Source: Parasitella parasitica NRRL 2501
Lineage: Eukaryota > Fungi > Mucoromycota
Assembly (NCBI GenBank): GCA_025201805.1
Contig: MU619237.1
Location: 427,552-491,551 of the forward strand
Length of the DNA stretch: 64,000 nucleotides
Direction: 5' to 3'
This document shows, piece after piece, positions 14,431 through 27,559 of this stretch (positions are counted from its first letter, which is position 1; the number at the start of each line of letters is the position of its first letter). The translations under genes and the position numbers were made by a program. The notes beneath the pieces are model-generated. The model saw nothing but the letters and a program-made list of their open reading frames with translations, searched no databases and was not told where the DNA came from.

Positions 14431-14854
14431 CTCTGGTGTTTTGGTACCCAAATGACTCTGTCCCAAGAGAGGGGTTTCTTTCGGTATATTGTGAGCGAGC
14501 TGTCATATATAGAAGCGTTAGGATAAAAAGAGAAAGAAATGCTTGTGGAATGGGTAATCATTCAGTCTCGGTTTTACGACAAAAACTATAGCACTTTTAC
14601 CCTCATGTAATTAAGACCAAATGTGTCAGAGGTTCTTGAACGAAAATCACTCCATTTTCAAGAACGATTCAAAGGGTGTTAAACAATTATCAACTAATTA
14701 ACGAGCAAAAATAGAAGATTAAGCATATATATACAATTTTATTGTTTTAAAGGAAAGAAGAGGGAGGTTCGGTATACACAAAATGAAGAAAATGTCTATA
14801 ATATGGATGCTAAGTCTATACAATGTATGGTGAAAGAAGAAAGAAAAAAAAAGA

Positions 14855-15601
14855 TCAAGGTAAAATTGAATGAAGAGAAGGGAGAGACTTGTTGCTAGAA
14901 GCATATTGGCCAATAACAATTGGAGGCAAAATACGAGCTTGAGGAGGGCGATCCAAGATGTCTAATAAACTTGCAGCAGAAGTGTCAACAGCGCCAGTAT
15001 TCAAAGAAGCAACAGACCCAGCGAAGACGGGACCAAATACATTGCATTCAAGAGGAGCCAATTTTTGCATGTTAGGAAACCCGTTTGACAAAATACGAGG
15101 AGAAATTTGAGGAGATGTTTCTGGAGTAAAGAGGAATTCTGCATCAGAATCCGAGTGATGTTGAATGTCATTGAAATTGGAGCTTGCAGTTGATAAAGTA
15201 GGAGAAGGAGGCATAGATATAGCAACTTTGGAATTGGCTGCACTAGCAGCAGCAGTGGTAGTAGTAGCCCGAGTACGCTTAATTGTTTTGTTTTGTCTTC
15301 GCTCTCTTCTCTTGTTTGGTGATGTATGGATGCGTACATGGCGAGTTAATTCATCAGAACGAGAAAATCTCTTTTCACAACCGGGAAATGTGCATTTGTG
15401 AGGTTTTTCTCCAGTATGAGTTCTGATATGACGAGTTTGATGTTCAAGACGATAAAAGGATTTAGGACACATGGGACATTTGTAAGGGCGAGGCGTATTT
15501 GCTTTGTCTACAGCTGCAATTGGACGTTTTCTGTTTTGTTGTTGAATTACGGGCATTGTATTTGATAAACACAAAAGACTGGAAGCTGCTTGAAATGCCA
15601 T
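14855..15601 (-). CDS. creA: C2H2 carbon catabolite repressor, CreA/Mig1-like
   Basis: [56 protein letters not shown] and a C-terminal LPPI/LPSL effector-like motif; single exon. It may be one of several paralogs. Confidence 0.85.
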   Translation of the reverse strand: MAFQAASSLLCLSNTMPVIQQQNRKRPIAAVDKANTPRPYKCPMCPKSFYRLEHQTRHIRTHTGEKPHKCTFPGCEKRFSRSDELTRHVRIHTSPNKRRERRQNKTIKRTRATTTTAAASAANSKVAISMPPSPTLSTASSNFNDIQHHSDSDAEFLFTPETSPQISPRILSNGFPNMQKLAPLECNVFGPVFAGSVASLNTGAVDTSAASLLDILDRPPQARILPPIVIGQYASSNKSLPSLHSILP

Positions 15602-16242
15602 GTTTTTACAAGAAATAAAAAGTTGATGAGAAATCAAAAAAAGGGGAGACAAAGCAAAAAGTCGGATGTATTTATAAGGATTTGGGGAACACAAGAATTG
15701 CCTGATTCAGGGATATGAAAAACCGGCCATTTGATCTTGAAGATTAGAGAATCGGGGGGGGGGGGTCTGGTTTTACCTTTTCATAACATTACGATTTTTA
15801 TGAGACAAAATAAGATAGGGTTGATTTCCTATTATATTTGAGCATTCAGAATTTTTACTGTGCAGTTCTCACGTACAACGTACAGTTTTCCTCGACTAAA
15901 TTATAAAAAGTATTCCATCCATTAAATCATTAAATATTTGTGTGTGCATGCAATGTGTATGTGGGGTAATGAGATTGTTTGCATCTTTTTCTGTATCGTC
16001 TTGTCAGGCAATATAGTAAAATCACCCCACCATGTAGATGAAATGTGATACTGTGCTTACCCAGATCTCCTCTCCGCCCTTCTAACCACATTATTATCGC
16101 TCTCTCCAACAAAGCATAAGATGGTTTTACAAGAGGATCCCAAGCCACGTAGCCAGGATTAACAGCCACGATGTACTGGAAAAAATATGCATATCTAATA
16201 ATCTTTCTTCCTTGTTTCTTCACTATCAAACGCGAACGTAAA

Positions 16243-17180
16243 ATGGTTGTTACAAAAAGTGACAACTTTGAAATATTCAGCAGAATCCAACCCCATGAAT
16301 ATTTAAAGCGTTTCCTTGATCAGAAAGTCAGGCCGGATGGAAGGGCATTGAGCGAATTTAGAAAGACCATGATCACCTCAGGTGCCATTTCAACAGCTAA
16401 TGCAAGTGCAATGGTACGTTTAGGTGGTACTACAGTTGTATGTGGCATCAAAGCTGAAGTGTGTGAACCTAGAATTGATCTTCCTGATCAAGGCTACTTG
16501 GGTAAGATAGATCAGTCCTACTAGCATGCATAAACATCTAACACCACATAGTTCCCAATGTCGAATTATCACCACTTTGTTCACCCAAATTCAACCTGGG
16601 AGCACCATCCGAAAAAGCACAATCTATATCCCAATTCATACACGAATTATTTGTGAAATCCCAAGTATTTCCGTTGGAAAGTTTGTGTATCGATTCAGGA
16701 AAAGCAGTGTGGGTATTATACGCTGATATTGTGTGTTTAAATTACGATGGAAATATACTGGACGCAAGTTTATTAGCATTGACCACGGCGCTAAAAGATT
16801 GTAAGCATATCATATGATTTGGTTATTATTTGTGCTAAACTTAACGAATAGTAAAGTTACCTAAGGCTCAGGTATCCCCATCCATGGTGGTTGAAGCTGA
16901 CTCGAATGAATTCACAAGCATTGCACTCTTACGATTCCCTGTTTCATCAACATTTTGCATCTTTAACAATCCAGATGTTATTTTATCCGATCCAAACGAC
17001 ACTGAAGAATCGCTAGCAAAAGAAACTGTAACAATTGTCATGGATTTGGACCATCAGCTTTGCAAAATATACAAGAATGGTGGTATCACAATTACGACAG
17101 AAGGATTGAAGCAATGCATCGATAATGCAAAGCAAAGAACCAATCAAATTGGATCCTTGGTTGATGAAGCTGTCTTGTAA
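16243..17180 (+). CDS. RRP43: Exosome subunit Rrp43 (EXOSC8), 3 exons
   Basis: IQPHEYLKRFLDQKVRPDGR, ASAMVRLGGTTVVCGIKAE, VPNVELSPLCSPKF, LCIDSGKAVWVLYADIVCLNYDGNILDA. Confidence 0.92.
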
Positions 17181-18631
17181 ATTAAAATAAAGTACACATA
17201 TATAAATATATATATAAATAAATATATGTGTGTGGGGGATAGAGTATATATATGTACAAGAACGTAATATAATACACTGCAGCATTTTAATGTGGGGATT
17301 CGTCTTGAAGGCTGATGTGAATAATCGCAAGTGTGAGAGAATTACATATATAGACGTCAAACCGCGGTTTGACATATAAATCTAAACCAAACATTGTAAC
17401 ACGGTCTATGTCAAAAAGAAATTGCTCCAGCAGCTCCCCCCATTCTGTATTTCATTGTGAAATGATTAATAGTCTGATGGTAAATACATATAAAACCACT
17501 TTTTTCGTTGTTCCGCATCTACATATGATGTTGAGAAACATGGATCAAGTAGCTATCTATCGTAATCGGGGTGAAGGCTAGCTGATTGGACATGGCGTGT
17601 TTGTGAAATCAGGGTCTCTTGGCCCCGCAATAAAACCACCACCAAATGACGGCAAAAGGTTGGTAAAGTCCCAGCAAAGATCACACGAGTTTTATATGTC
17701 CCTCTCTCCGCCCAGATCCTCGTTTAATGATTTTAAAACATGGTCTGTTTCAACATGTATCATACTACGCTATCCCCCCACTTTTGTTTATTTGGTCATA
17801 CAGTTTCCAAAAGTTATGATTTTCCCATTGATTCCCATTTTATTTGTTTATTTTATCATTGAAAAAAAAAAATAGCTTGGGGCTCAAGCAGGGAAAAAAT
17901 TTGTTGCACCCAAAGACTAAAACTTGGCTTTAAATTTAGCGCATTTCAAGTACGGAAGGTTTTACTTACGTTTTAGTTTTCTTCAGCTTTTGAGCATCAA
18001 GACGGCCAGGGAAAATCTTTATAACGATAAAGGCAATAGTCGAGATGGAGGTAAAAATGGATACGTATCTTACTGAGACGGTGACTAATTTCGGCATGTA
18101 CCCTGACCCCAAATCACCTGAGATGCCAAGCAAAAAAAATTTCACGGTGATTTGCCGACAGAAATGTCAAGGTGGAGGAGGAATTTTTTAGAGTTCCTGA
18201 CATGCGCAAACAAAATGATGTATTACAATCATCGATTGCTTTTGAGATCGTTTGAGTAGCTAAAGTAGTTGCTCTTTACATTCATAGACATTTGAAAGTG
18301 GCAGACCTTGACAAATGAAAATGAATGTAAAACCATGGGTACAGTTTATTTTTCAACTTGTGCCAATGTTCTGACAAAACTTGCCTGCACAAGAGCACTT
18401 GAATCGTCAGCAAACAGTTTCTTATGAAGGGTTTCCTTTGTGATCCCTAGAAATTGTTTTCTGAATATTGTCTTTATCTTTTAGAAGAGTTGCTACATAA
18501 TCATGTATCACTCCCGCAATTCAAAAATCGGTCTAATATATACTATTGATGATACAATAAATGTTTATTGTTCCAGCAATATACCATGTTATGACTGAAT
18601 AATGCGTGTTTATTGTATGTGTCACAAGCAT

Positions 18632-20453
18632 TTATGCATTCTCTTCTAATCTGATACGGCCTCCTCCACTCCATCGGGGAACAGCTTGACCTATTCCTCT
18701 AGCATGCTGAATCCACCTGTGCACATGAATTGCAGTTTTATATAACCAGCGCATCATGTCACTTATTCCACATCTAGTATTTGTTTCCAAATATATCTCC
18801 AGACTAGTTAGCGTCAAGGCAATCACAGTATAGAACATGGCATTACAGCCATATTGCTCGTAAATCACGCCGCCTACCAAGCTTCCAAGACCAGCGCCGA
18901 TGCCAGCATACATGGCTGCTAAAACACCCTGAGATGTTGCCTGTAACGAAGGTGGAGCCAGTTCATCAGCCTGGACAACGCCAGCCCCCCACAGAGCAGA
19001 GAAGGCAACGCCGTTTAGTAAATGTAACCCGAGAGCAATGTTCGCACCTGTAGGACCTTTGGGTATAAGTGTGTATGCAAACACGCGGATAATGGTCAGT
19101 ATGTGGCCCAAAATGATCAAGCTTTTGATGCCGAATAATCGGATGAGCTACCGTGCAAGGTGAGTGTGTGCGCTATCTGCCAAAGTGTCAATGGGGAGGG
19201 GACTTACGTCTTTGGAATAAAAGAAGAAGACAAGCTCTGTTGATGAGCCGATAAGGCCAGTTAGGCCTACTTGCGAGGAGCTAGCGCCTAAATCTTGCTT
19301 GAGGTAAATAAACAAAAAACTGACCACCATGTTCAAGGAAGCACCCATCAGCATCATGGTTAAAAAGAAGAGCGACACATCAGGCTTTTTAAGTAGCTGG
19401 ATCAAAGTGGCAGGTTCGTCGACACTGGGTCTGACATTGCGTCTATGCGATGGCGGATTCGATAAATTTACAGCCTCTATTATGCTCGATTCCGTTGCAA
19501 ACTGAATAAGACGTTGTATTTCATTTTGGCGTATTTGTGAGGAGTCTAGATCGATGCCCACTTCGTCATAAGGATCCACTTGAAACTGCTTCATTTTGTG
19601 TCTGTTAATGTTGTTATTCACATTTGACGATGCTGATGTTGATGCTGATGCTGCTCTTGATGCCGATGCCGATGCCGATGATGGTGGTGATGTGTGGGCC
19701 GATGGCGTGTGCTTGGTATTACTCGTAATGGCTGCAGTTGCAAATGTACTGCTTGATTTTGTTCGTACAAGGTATGGTCTAGGCTGCTCACCTTCAATTC
19801 TTTCCGATTTAAACTGGGTATTTCCGCATACAAGTATAAAACATATAGAGGAGAATGCGTAGATGTAGAATATAGCATTCATGTCATTCATCCAGTCAGT
19901 GATGAATCCTACGAGAGACGACGCTACTCCAAAAGATATAGATCCAAACATCCGCTGTCTGCCATACTGATCCTTCTTTCTGCCCAGAATCTTGAGCACG
20001 CCTCCATCGACCAAGGGCAATACAGGGACGCCAAAGAAAGCAAAGCATACGGATGTTATAGTGACTAGTGTTATAGTAAGTTTGTTTCTATCATCTTCAT
20101 CGACAACAGGCTGAACTACAACTGATATACCCATCACACTTACTATAGCAATAGTAGCTAATGTATGAACAATGCACATGATAAAACTATGAGTTTTTGT
20201 TTTATCTGCGATCGCCGCCCATAATGGACAAGCAATTGCGGATATAAAAGGAGCTACACAACAAACACAGAGCATGAATAATCCCGGCGCAATTGAGCAT
20301 TGCGTATCATAGTTTACCTATGGCTACCAGTAAACCAATTTGATCACCTTTAAGACCAAGCTGCGACGAGTAAAATAAGGCCAGATAAACAGGAGCAGAA
20401 CCTTGACAAGCAAATAAGAATGTGTATAGTAGTTTGGGAGCAAGATAAGGCAT
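18632..20453 (-). CDS. MFS transporter, MFSD6 / MFS_1_like family, 3 exons
   Basis: YLALFYSSQLGL..QIGLL, PLWAAIADK, YGRQRMFGSISFG, LHLLNGVAFSALW and LQATSQGVL..GIGAGLGSLVGG. There is a long Ser/Ala-rich central loop. Confidence 0.88.
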
Positions 20454-20708
20454 GGCCCTATGTGTTTGTGTATGTGCGTTTGTGTATTGTTGTGGTAGGA
20501 CGATACTGTATGATCTCGAATGTTTAAAAGAGTAGTTTGCCATCAACATCAAGGCAATTCCTTGTTCTGCATCACTTGATGTGACCATCTTGAGGACTAC
20601 TTTTGATAATGACCCGCGGTGGTCGTCCGAATGGAAGTGTTAAGGTCAGTGTCAAATTGTAAATTCCTACACATCATACCCACACCAGTTTGTTTTTCCC
20701 TATTTCAT

Positions 20709-20732
20709 ATGGCTAAAGGTATAAATAGACTT

Positions 20733-20770
<38 letters not shown>

Positions 20771-23625
20771 GAAGCAATAATAATAAATAAATAAAAAATA
20801 AAAAAAATAAAAAAAGAGTGTAGAATAACCCTTATTTCATGCAGCAAACCTTAGGATATACCCCCTTCCAATCATTACTGAAAAAACCTTCAATGGCTTT
20901 TCAGATGGTCTAAAGTGCGTATTTATCAGGCTCGATTCATAATGTGCCGTTCTCATTGTTTTCGATAGGAAGCTCGGTGAAAAGACGAGAACTTTAGTTA
21001 CTTACAATTTTGATGAAAGGGTAATTTCTTCCGTTATCTTAAAAACACAGGAATCGCCCTTATTGATTTCAGTTTACCCAGTATTTCGATATCACAGCCA
21101 ATGATCAGAAATGCTGCTTCGAAGCGTGAGTGGCAACAGTTTTAGTAGAGCCCTTTAATTGACACTGTTTTTTTTAGTGAGACCCTGATCATTCAAAACC
21201 TATTGCCTCGTCTTGTAAGTGTACACATACATCTACATATGCCATTTAATAAATCCCATATGCGTTGAACAGAATCAAGAGATAGACTCGAATTTCATGC
21301 ATGGGACATATGAAGATCTGCCAATGCTCAATGCTCAAGCATCTGAAGAGCCAGTGCTCACACCTATACCTACACATTCGCCGCCACGAACCATTTTACC
21401 AGAAAAACCTCTTTTTATCAGGGATAATCAGCAGCGCTCGCACGAGGATGATTATGAGCAAGATACACCACCACCGAACATAGACCAAGCGCACGAAGAT
21501 CACGAGTCTGAACCAGTAGTCATTGAAACATTTGTCATTTCATCAGAGATCAAAGACATCGATGATTTATTAATAGGGCCTGTGCAGCATAATATGCAGA
21601 ACGCTGTATACTTGAGGCTGATCCCAAAGATGACCGATACCATTTGCACTTTGAACAAACGCAGCATCAAGATCGAAGGCTCTCCAGACAACGTTAGAAA
21701 CGCCTGCCAAAAGTTTGCTGTTATACAAAAGACATTTGTAAGTTGCGCAGCTTGTTTGTCGCAAACTATGCTAACGGTCATTCGTAATGCCATGACAGAT
21801 TGGAATGTCCCAGAAAATCCTGATACCATGTCTGCATTTCCACAACCCCAAATCATTTCGCCTCTACTTTTGCAATTTACCTCGTTATAGATATCATGCA
21901 TTCGTCCAGCATCGCTATGAAACCCACGAATTGCCCGCGGATTATCATGTCATTTTGCCAGTATTTCTAGACAAAACCACGAACGAATACACCAATCCGC
22001 CAAAAGATTTAGTTATGGGCAACAACGAGCAGCAAATGGGCGACAATTACAACAATTCTTCTTTGGATAAAACGATGAAAATGGTGCAAGATGCCATGCA
22101 GCGAAATATCATCAATCAAGCACCTTCTCAGCCGCCATCTCGAACCTCGCCCGCAACTGATTCGCCTGACTCCCCTGATCGATTCCAACCTCCTCTGTGG
22201 GGGCTGGATAGAAACTTTACAACAGCTTACAACACAGGGGAATTGGAATACCTTACTTCAAGACGTCTTGCAAGCGCTTTTAACCCACCTCCACCTCCAT
22301 CTCTTTCTACAGCTTCAAAATCGCCCATGCTGGAGGGGTTTCCATTGCTTCAGCTGGGCCCAGGAGTCTCTACTACAGCACAGCCAGCTGATTATAAACC
22401 TTTGTTAAGCATCGATAGTGCGCCAAAGCCAAGAAGAGTGTTGAGAATTCTTCCCCAAAAGGCCGCTAGATACGGTAATCCGCCAGCTACACCGCTTGGT
22501 CAACTTGATAGGGTCAGAATATACAACTATAACAATATAAAGGCAGCCCTTACAAAAGGATTAGAAAACGTGCGAGGATTCAAGGGAGAATTAAAGCTGT
22601 ACGCAAAGTAAGCCACACAGACAAAAGCATAATTCGACATGAGTACTCATAGCAATGTGTAGGATTGGAAAGGTATTGTGGAATGTCGGGTCTCCTAAAG
22701 TGAATACCAGGATTTGGGAGTTTGACCAAATCATTGATATCGTTATGAGGGAATATAACACTACTCCCAAGTTCACCAACATGTAAGTCAGCACAAGCAC
22801 ACGGTATGGGGCAACTTGAGGACGCTGACGACTTGTCATAGGACAACCAAAGATGAAAGGATAATCAACCTGTTTGCGTCTCCTGAAATTATCAGAGAGG
22901 CTAATTACGCCTCTAAAACTGCCATATATGAATTTCACTGCTCGGCGAGGAACTCTCCCAGTCTTCCCTACAAGCCTATTGTTATCCATATGAACCAAGG
23001 CGTTATTGATGTGCGCAAAGTTGTCTTGAGCGAGCAGACTGTGGCAGAAGTAGACTGGGTGTCTTTGGACAGGCGATATGACTTCAAATTGGCCTTGAAT
23101 GCAAAACAGCTAGCAAGATGTGATGTCAAGCCTTACACTACATTCATCAAATGGGTTTCCGTATGGTAAGGTTTATGGAGAGCGCAGGGATTCCTATACG
23201 CTGCATGAGCTAACCAACACCACAGTCCTATCACTAGACAGATGTCATTTGAAAATGTCCCCAACTTTTTGCGAGTCGACTATGTCATATTCAAGCAAAC
23301 AACCCGATATACATATATTTTTCCCTTTGTCATCGACATTATTCGAGTTGAAAAAGTCCCCTTGGTTCATGTGGCCAACAGCCGCAAAATCAACGCATTC
23401 CCGGGCTCTGGAGATGTTTGGTACGATTTCGAAATCCACAATACATTACACCAAACACCTTTCAAATCGAACCTGGGTTTGGAGATTGGGTCTGAGGCCT
23501 CTTGGACTGTACAAGATATCTTGCAATCTAATGATAACGCTAAAGATATAATCACAAACTACGTAAAGAACATGATTATTTTGATTGAGAGGATTGAAAA
23601 TGCTTTGAAAAAAGTGCCTCAGTAG
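20709..23625 (+). CDS. Uncharacterised multi-exon protein: N-terminal KH-like segments, Pro/Ser-rich linker, C-terminal CYTH/triphosphate-tunnel-like domain
   Basis: Exons can be chained in frame with GT-AG introns from ATG 20709 through ORFs 21219-21890, 21805-22611, 22816-23169 and 23242-23625. The domain calls are motif inference only, and the 5' exons are less certain. Confidence 0.7.
20736..20766 (+). repeat. (GA)n microsatellite in the first intron of the 20709 gene
   Basis: About 15 perfect AG units, seen directly. Confidence 0.95.
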
Positions 23626-23715
23626 TCATCTAGCCTTCTCGCCTCCTTTAAAAGTATCTGTAAATGCACATCTCGAATAAACCTGTTTTGCTTACAACAA
23701 GCCAGAGCTTTATTA

Positions 23716-25517
23716 TTATGGTGCTCTGAAGAAAAACACGTATCCGGCATCGTCATATGCCACGATAACGTTCGACAGTGGATGGCTCGCCATACCAACA
23801 ACTTCATTATCGCATATTTTGATTTTGCCGACTTGATCGCCAGTTGCCAATTGAAAAGCAAACATGTAAGCGTCCTCCGTAATGCCATACACAAAGTCTC
23901 CTTGTGGAGAGGTTGTCGCTGCAACAAAATCAGAGCCCTTGAGCTTGTTATGAGTGAGTGCTTTGATGATTTGGCCTCTTATCGACATGATAAACAGCGT
24001 ATTTGTTTTGTTGCAAACCAAGAATTGGCCCTGACGTTTGGGAATAGGTACGATGTTTTGGACCGAGGCATTGCCTAGACCGCCCATAGGATTAAGTTGT
24101 CCCTTTTCAATCTTAGGTTGAGGGTTGACGGTGTAAAGGCATGCCGTTGTTTTTGCATCCCAAATCTATCAAACATAATGTTAAAACGCACAGCTTTCCT
24201 TGCATTTAACCCTCATTGGATTCCTGTTACCTTGACTGTCCCGTCACTGCTGGCACTCAGTACCCGTGTATTATCAGCGCAAAATATCGCAGCGTTAATG
24301 AACGATGTATGACCTCTAAACTCTTTCAGCACCTTTCCTGATTTCAGACCGTGTATTCTAATTGTCTGATCATAACTTCCACTTAATACTTGAGTGCTGT
24401 CTTTGCTGAAGCTGATTGATGTAACGCCCTCATTATGTGCTGCAGGAATTCTCTTTTGACACTGTCCAGATTTAACTTTCCAGATCGCAATTTTACCATC
24501 TAACGACCCTGAAGCCAGTAATTCATCGTTTTGGCTAAACTGGACACATAAAACTGACTTGTCCATTGCCATGAGACTATCTTTGGCTTGATATGTCAAA
24601 TCCTTACGTAGTTTGCCTGTCAAATAATTCCAAATCTCGATGAATCCATCTACAGAGCCTGTTGCAAGGTATTGTCCATTCCGAGAAAAAGATGCACACT
24701 CAGCATGCGTTTTTTTGCCTGGAAATTTGATAGAAACATAGGGCTTTGTAGGGAAAACATCCGTTTCAGCTTTATGCACTTGCACAGTGCCTTTGAATAG
24801 GTCGTATGTGGAATCTGGCATGATGATGCCCTGATGCTGCTGCCACTTTATGCTTTGGCCTAGTAGCGTGAGGAGACGGCTACCGGGTGCCACCATTATC
24901 TCTTTTTCCAGCTCTGGTAGAGTGCTTAGTATTCAAGAAATCCACAACGAGCAATTGTGTCATTTTACCTTTAGAGATAGCTAAGCGCCTTTCTTCGGTC
25001 GTATATTGCATGTTTGCAACAGGTGCCTGCTCCAGGTATTCTTCTATGGTTTGATACCTTTCTGGATACTCTTCAAATAATAAACGCATAACACTTGACT
25101 TGCGGGCAAGCATTTCTGCTGTGCTTAGTTCATTAATTTCTATCATTTCTAGTGTGATCTACACCCGCTACTTTTGTTAGGGAAAAATCGCTCACGTCAA
25201 GTATACTGAATCACACTCACTTGTTCGTACAAGTTCAGCAATTTTTGATTAGAGATGCCCAATTGGCCAACTTGCTTCAGCACAGTATCCCATCTACCGT
25301 CGATGATATCTTGTAGAAACTTGGTTTTATTTTCTACAGCGTTTAATGTGATGTTGGATTCTTGCTCCAACGTTGAGCGAGATTTATTTAGGTTATTCTC
25401 TCGCAAGAATTGAATGATTAACTTGACAGTACTAGTCGAGAAAATTTACTTTAGTCTACGCATTTTTAACTGTGCATTTTCCATGGATTTTTACTCTTGT
25501 TTATCAATAGATGTCAT
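23716..25517 (-). CDS. SMU1: WD40 splicing factor Smu1 (LisH/CTLH + WD40)
   Basis: [94 protein letters not shown]. Confidence 0.94.
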
Positions 25518-25679
25518 ACTGGGGATTAGTTCAAAGAGTATCCTCATTTCTTTTGCCAAACCAACTGCCTTGAGGGCATCGCCGTGACGACATTTCCTTG
25601 GTCGAATCCTATGCAAACTTGAAATTTTCCTTCTGCTCTCCCTGTTTCCATTTGCAATTTAAACACATTACAGAAAAAG

Positions 25680-27398
25680 ATGAAGATTCTCAAACAGACA
25701 GACGATGAAATACCGATTCACATAGTTTCAGTAGTGGATGCCGCGTCAGCAAAAACAGAAGAAAGATTAGCACGTTCACATTGCGTCAAAAGACCTAGAG
25801 ACAACAGCATACAAAAGTCAATAGATGCGGGCCTTACAGTCAGCCATGATAAGAAGAATAGTACCATAGCAACGAAAGCAGCAAAGCCCTTGGTTGAAAG
25901 TGACACTGAAATGGATAATGTTGATACAGGGGAAGTTTTATCCCACTACAAGGCTACAGACGATGCTGACAAAGAGAACATTGATGTGAGTGGAAGATCC
26001 ATTTTCAAGTTTGAGCAGTCAGTGAGAAAGTCAGCAAATACGATGATGAAAAAGGCTCTTGCCGAGGAAAATGAGCCATCTACATCGGCGTTATCTTCTT
26101 CCAGAAAAAAGAAGACCAAGAAACCACAGACACCTGTGATAAACGCCCCTGACCATGCTAAACGACGTCGAGTTCAGTTACAGCTGGAATTGCTGAAAGA
26201 TAATCACAACGAGGATGAAGATCAAGACGAAATACCCGAATCATCAGATGAAGAGCAAGATCAAATTACACAAAGAAATACTGGATTGGAAGATGATGAA
26301 GATGGCGACGAAGGAGAAAGCTCAGATGAAGAAACGTCAACAAAAAAAGGCATGTTTATTGAAACAGAAGGCTATGAAAGATACTTTCAGGATCTTCATG
26401 GCAGCTCCAAGACATCCAACAATACACTTTCTAAACTTCAAGTGCTTGAGCCACAAGAATTTCATCAAATATTACAAAGCGCACCCAAAAAACACAGAAA
26501 TGAAATTGCCATATTATCAGAAATGCACAAGCAGCATTTCCCTCAATGGTTTTTCGAGCTTCAATCTGGATTCAATCTTCTCTTTTACGGCTACGGCTCC
26601 AAGCGCAACTTGTTGAATGAATTTGCGCAAGCGGCATTGACAGATGGTCCTATGGTTGTAGTGAACGGATTCTTTCCTGCTATTTCTATCAAGGATATTT
26701 TGCTCAAGATTACAGCTGGTGCCCTTGGGACAACAGGACCTTCTGGTTCGATTCAGGACCATGTTCAATATATCTGTGATTATTTCGCGGATGACGAGCG
26801 GGATTACGAGAGCTTATACATTGTTATTCACAACTTGGATGGACCCAATTTGCGAAACGAACGGACACAAACAGCCTTGTCCATGCTAGCTAGCGCAAAG
26901 AATGTCCACTTGATTGCGTCTGTAGATCATATCAATGCAAGTCTACTATGGGATAATGTCAAAGCAAGTCTCTTCAATTGGATCTGGCATGACGCTACTA
27001 CATTTGATGATTATTTGGTGGAAACTAGTTTTGAAAACTCAATGCTGGTGCGCACTGGGGAATTGGGCGGTGCTCGTGGTGCTAAGTTTGTCCTTGATTC
27101 TTTGACAAGCAACGCTCGTGGTGTATTCAAAATATTGGCAGAGCACCAGTTGGTTGAAATGGGCATCCAAAATATGGAAGGACGCGGTAACGAAAGTGTA
27201 GGGTTAACGTATAGTCAGTACTATCAAAAATGTCGCGAAGGTTTCTTTGTGTCAAGTGATTTAGGTTTAAGAACAGAATTGACAGAATTCAGAGACCACA
27301 AATTGATATCTACTAAAAAGAATTTGGATGGCACAGAGGTTTTCTTTATACCGTTGGATCAAGCCACATTAGTTAGTATTGTAGAAGACTTAAATTAA
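25680..27398 (+). CDS. ORC2: Origin recognition complex subunit 2
   Basis: 572-aa single ORF with QWFFELQSGFNLLFYGYGSKRNLL, VVVNGFFP, IHNLDG, LIASVDHIN, WHDATTF and LTEFRDHKLI. Confidence 0.96.
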   Translation: MKILKQTDDEIPIHIVSVVDAASAKTEERLARSHCVKRPRDNSIQKSIDAGLTVSHDKKNSTIATKAAKPLVESDTEMDNVDTGEVLSHYKATDDADKENIDVSGRSIFKFEQSVRKSANTMMKKALAEENEPSTSALSSSRKKKTKKPQTPVINAPDHAKRRRVQLQLELLKDNHNEDEDQDEIPESSDEEQDQITQRNTGLEDDEDGDEGESSDEETSTKKGMFIETEGYERYFQDLHGSSKTSNNTLSKLQVLEPQEFHQILQSAPKKHRNEIAILSEMHKQHFPQWFFELQSGFNLLFYGYGSKRNLLNEFAQAALTDGPMVVVNGFFPAISIKDILLKITAGALGTTGPSGSIQDHVQYICDYFADDERDYESLYIVIHNLDGPNLRNERTQTALSMLASAKNVHLIASVDHINASLLWDNVKASLFNWIWHDATTFDDYLVETSFENSMLVRTGELGGARGAKFVLDSLTSNARGVFKILAEHQLVEMGIQNMEGRGNESVGLTYSQYYQKCREGFFVSSDLGLRTELTEFRDHKLISTKKNLDGTEVFFIPLDQATLVSIVEDLN

Positions 27399-27559
27399 AC
27401 TACTTTTGAGGACATTTGTAAATAGTTTTTATATATAACAATAAACAATGCATTAATGATAGTACGCTCTAGTGTCAATCAGGTAATAAATCACTCGTAT
27501 ATTTGTAACTATCCATAAATCACAACCAACGTTGTTGACGGCACAATTTTGATTCTAAT

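Noticed and set aside
19596-19878. ORFs with DADA or His/Gln-rich repeats
   Set aside because: Alternative-frame or antisense readings of the Ser/Ala linker of the MFS gene.
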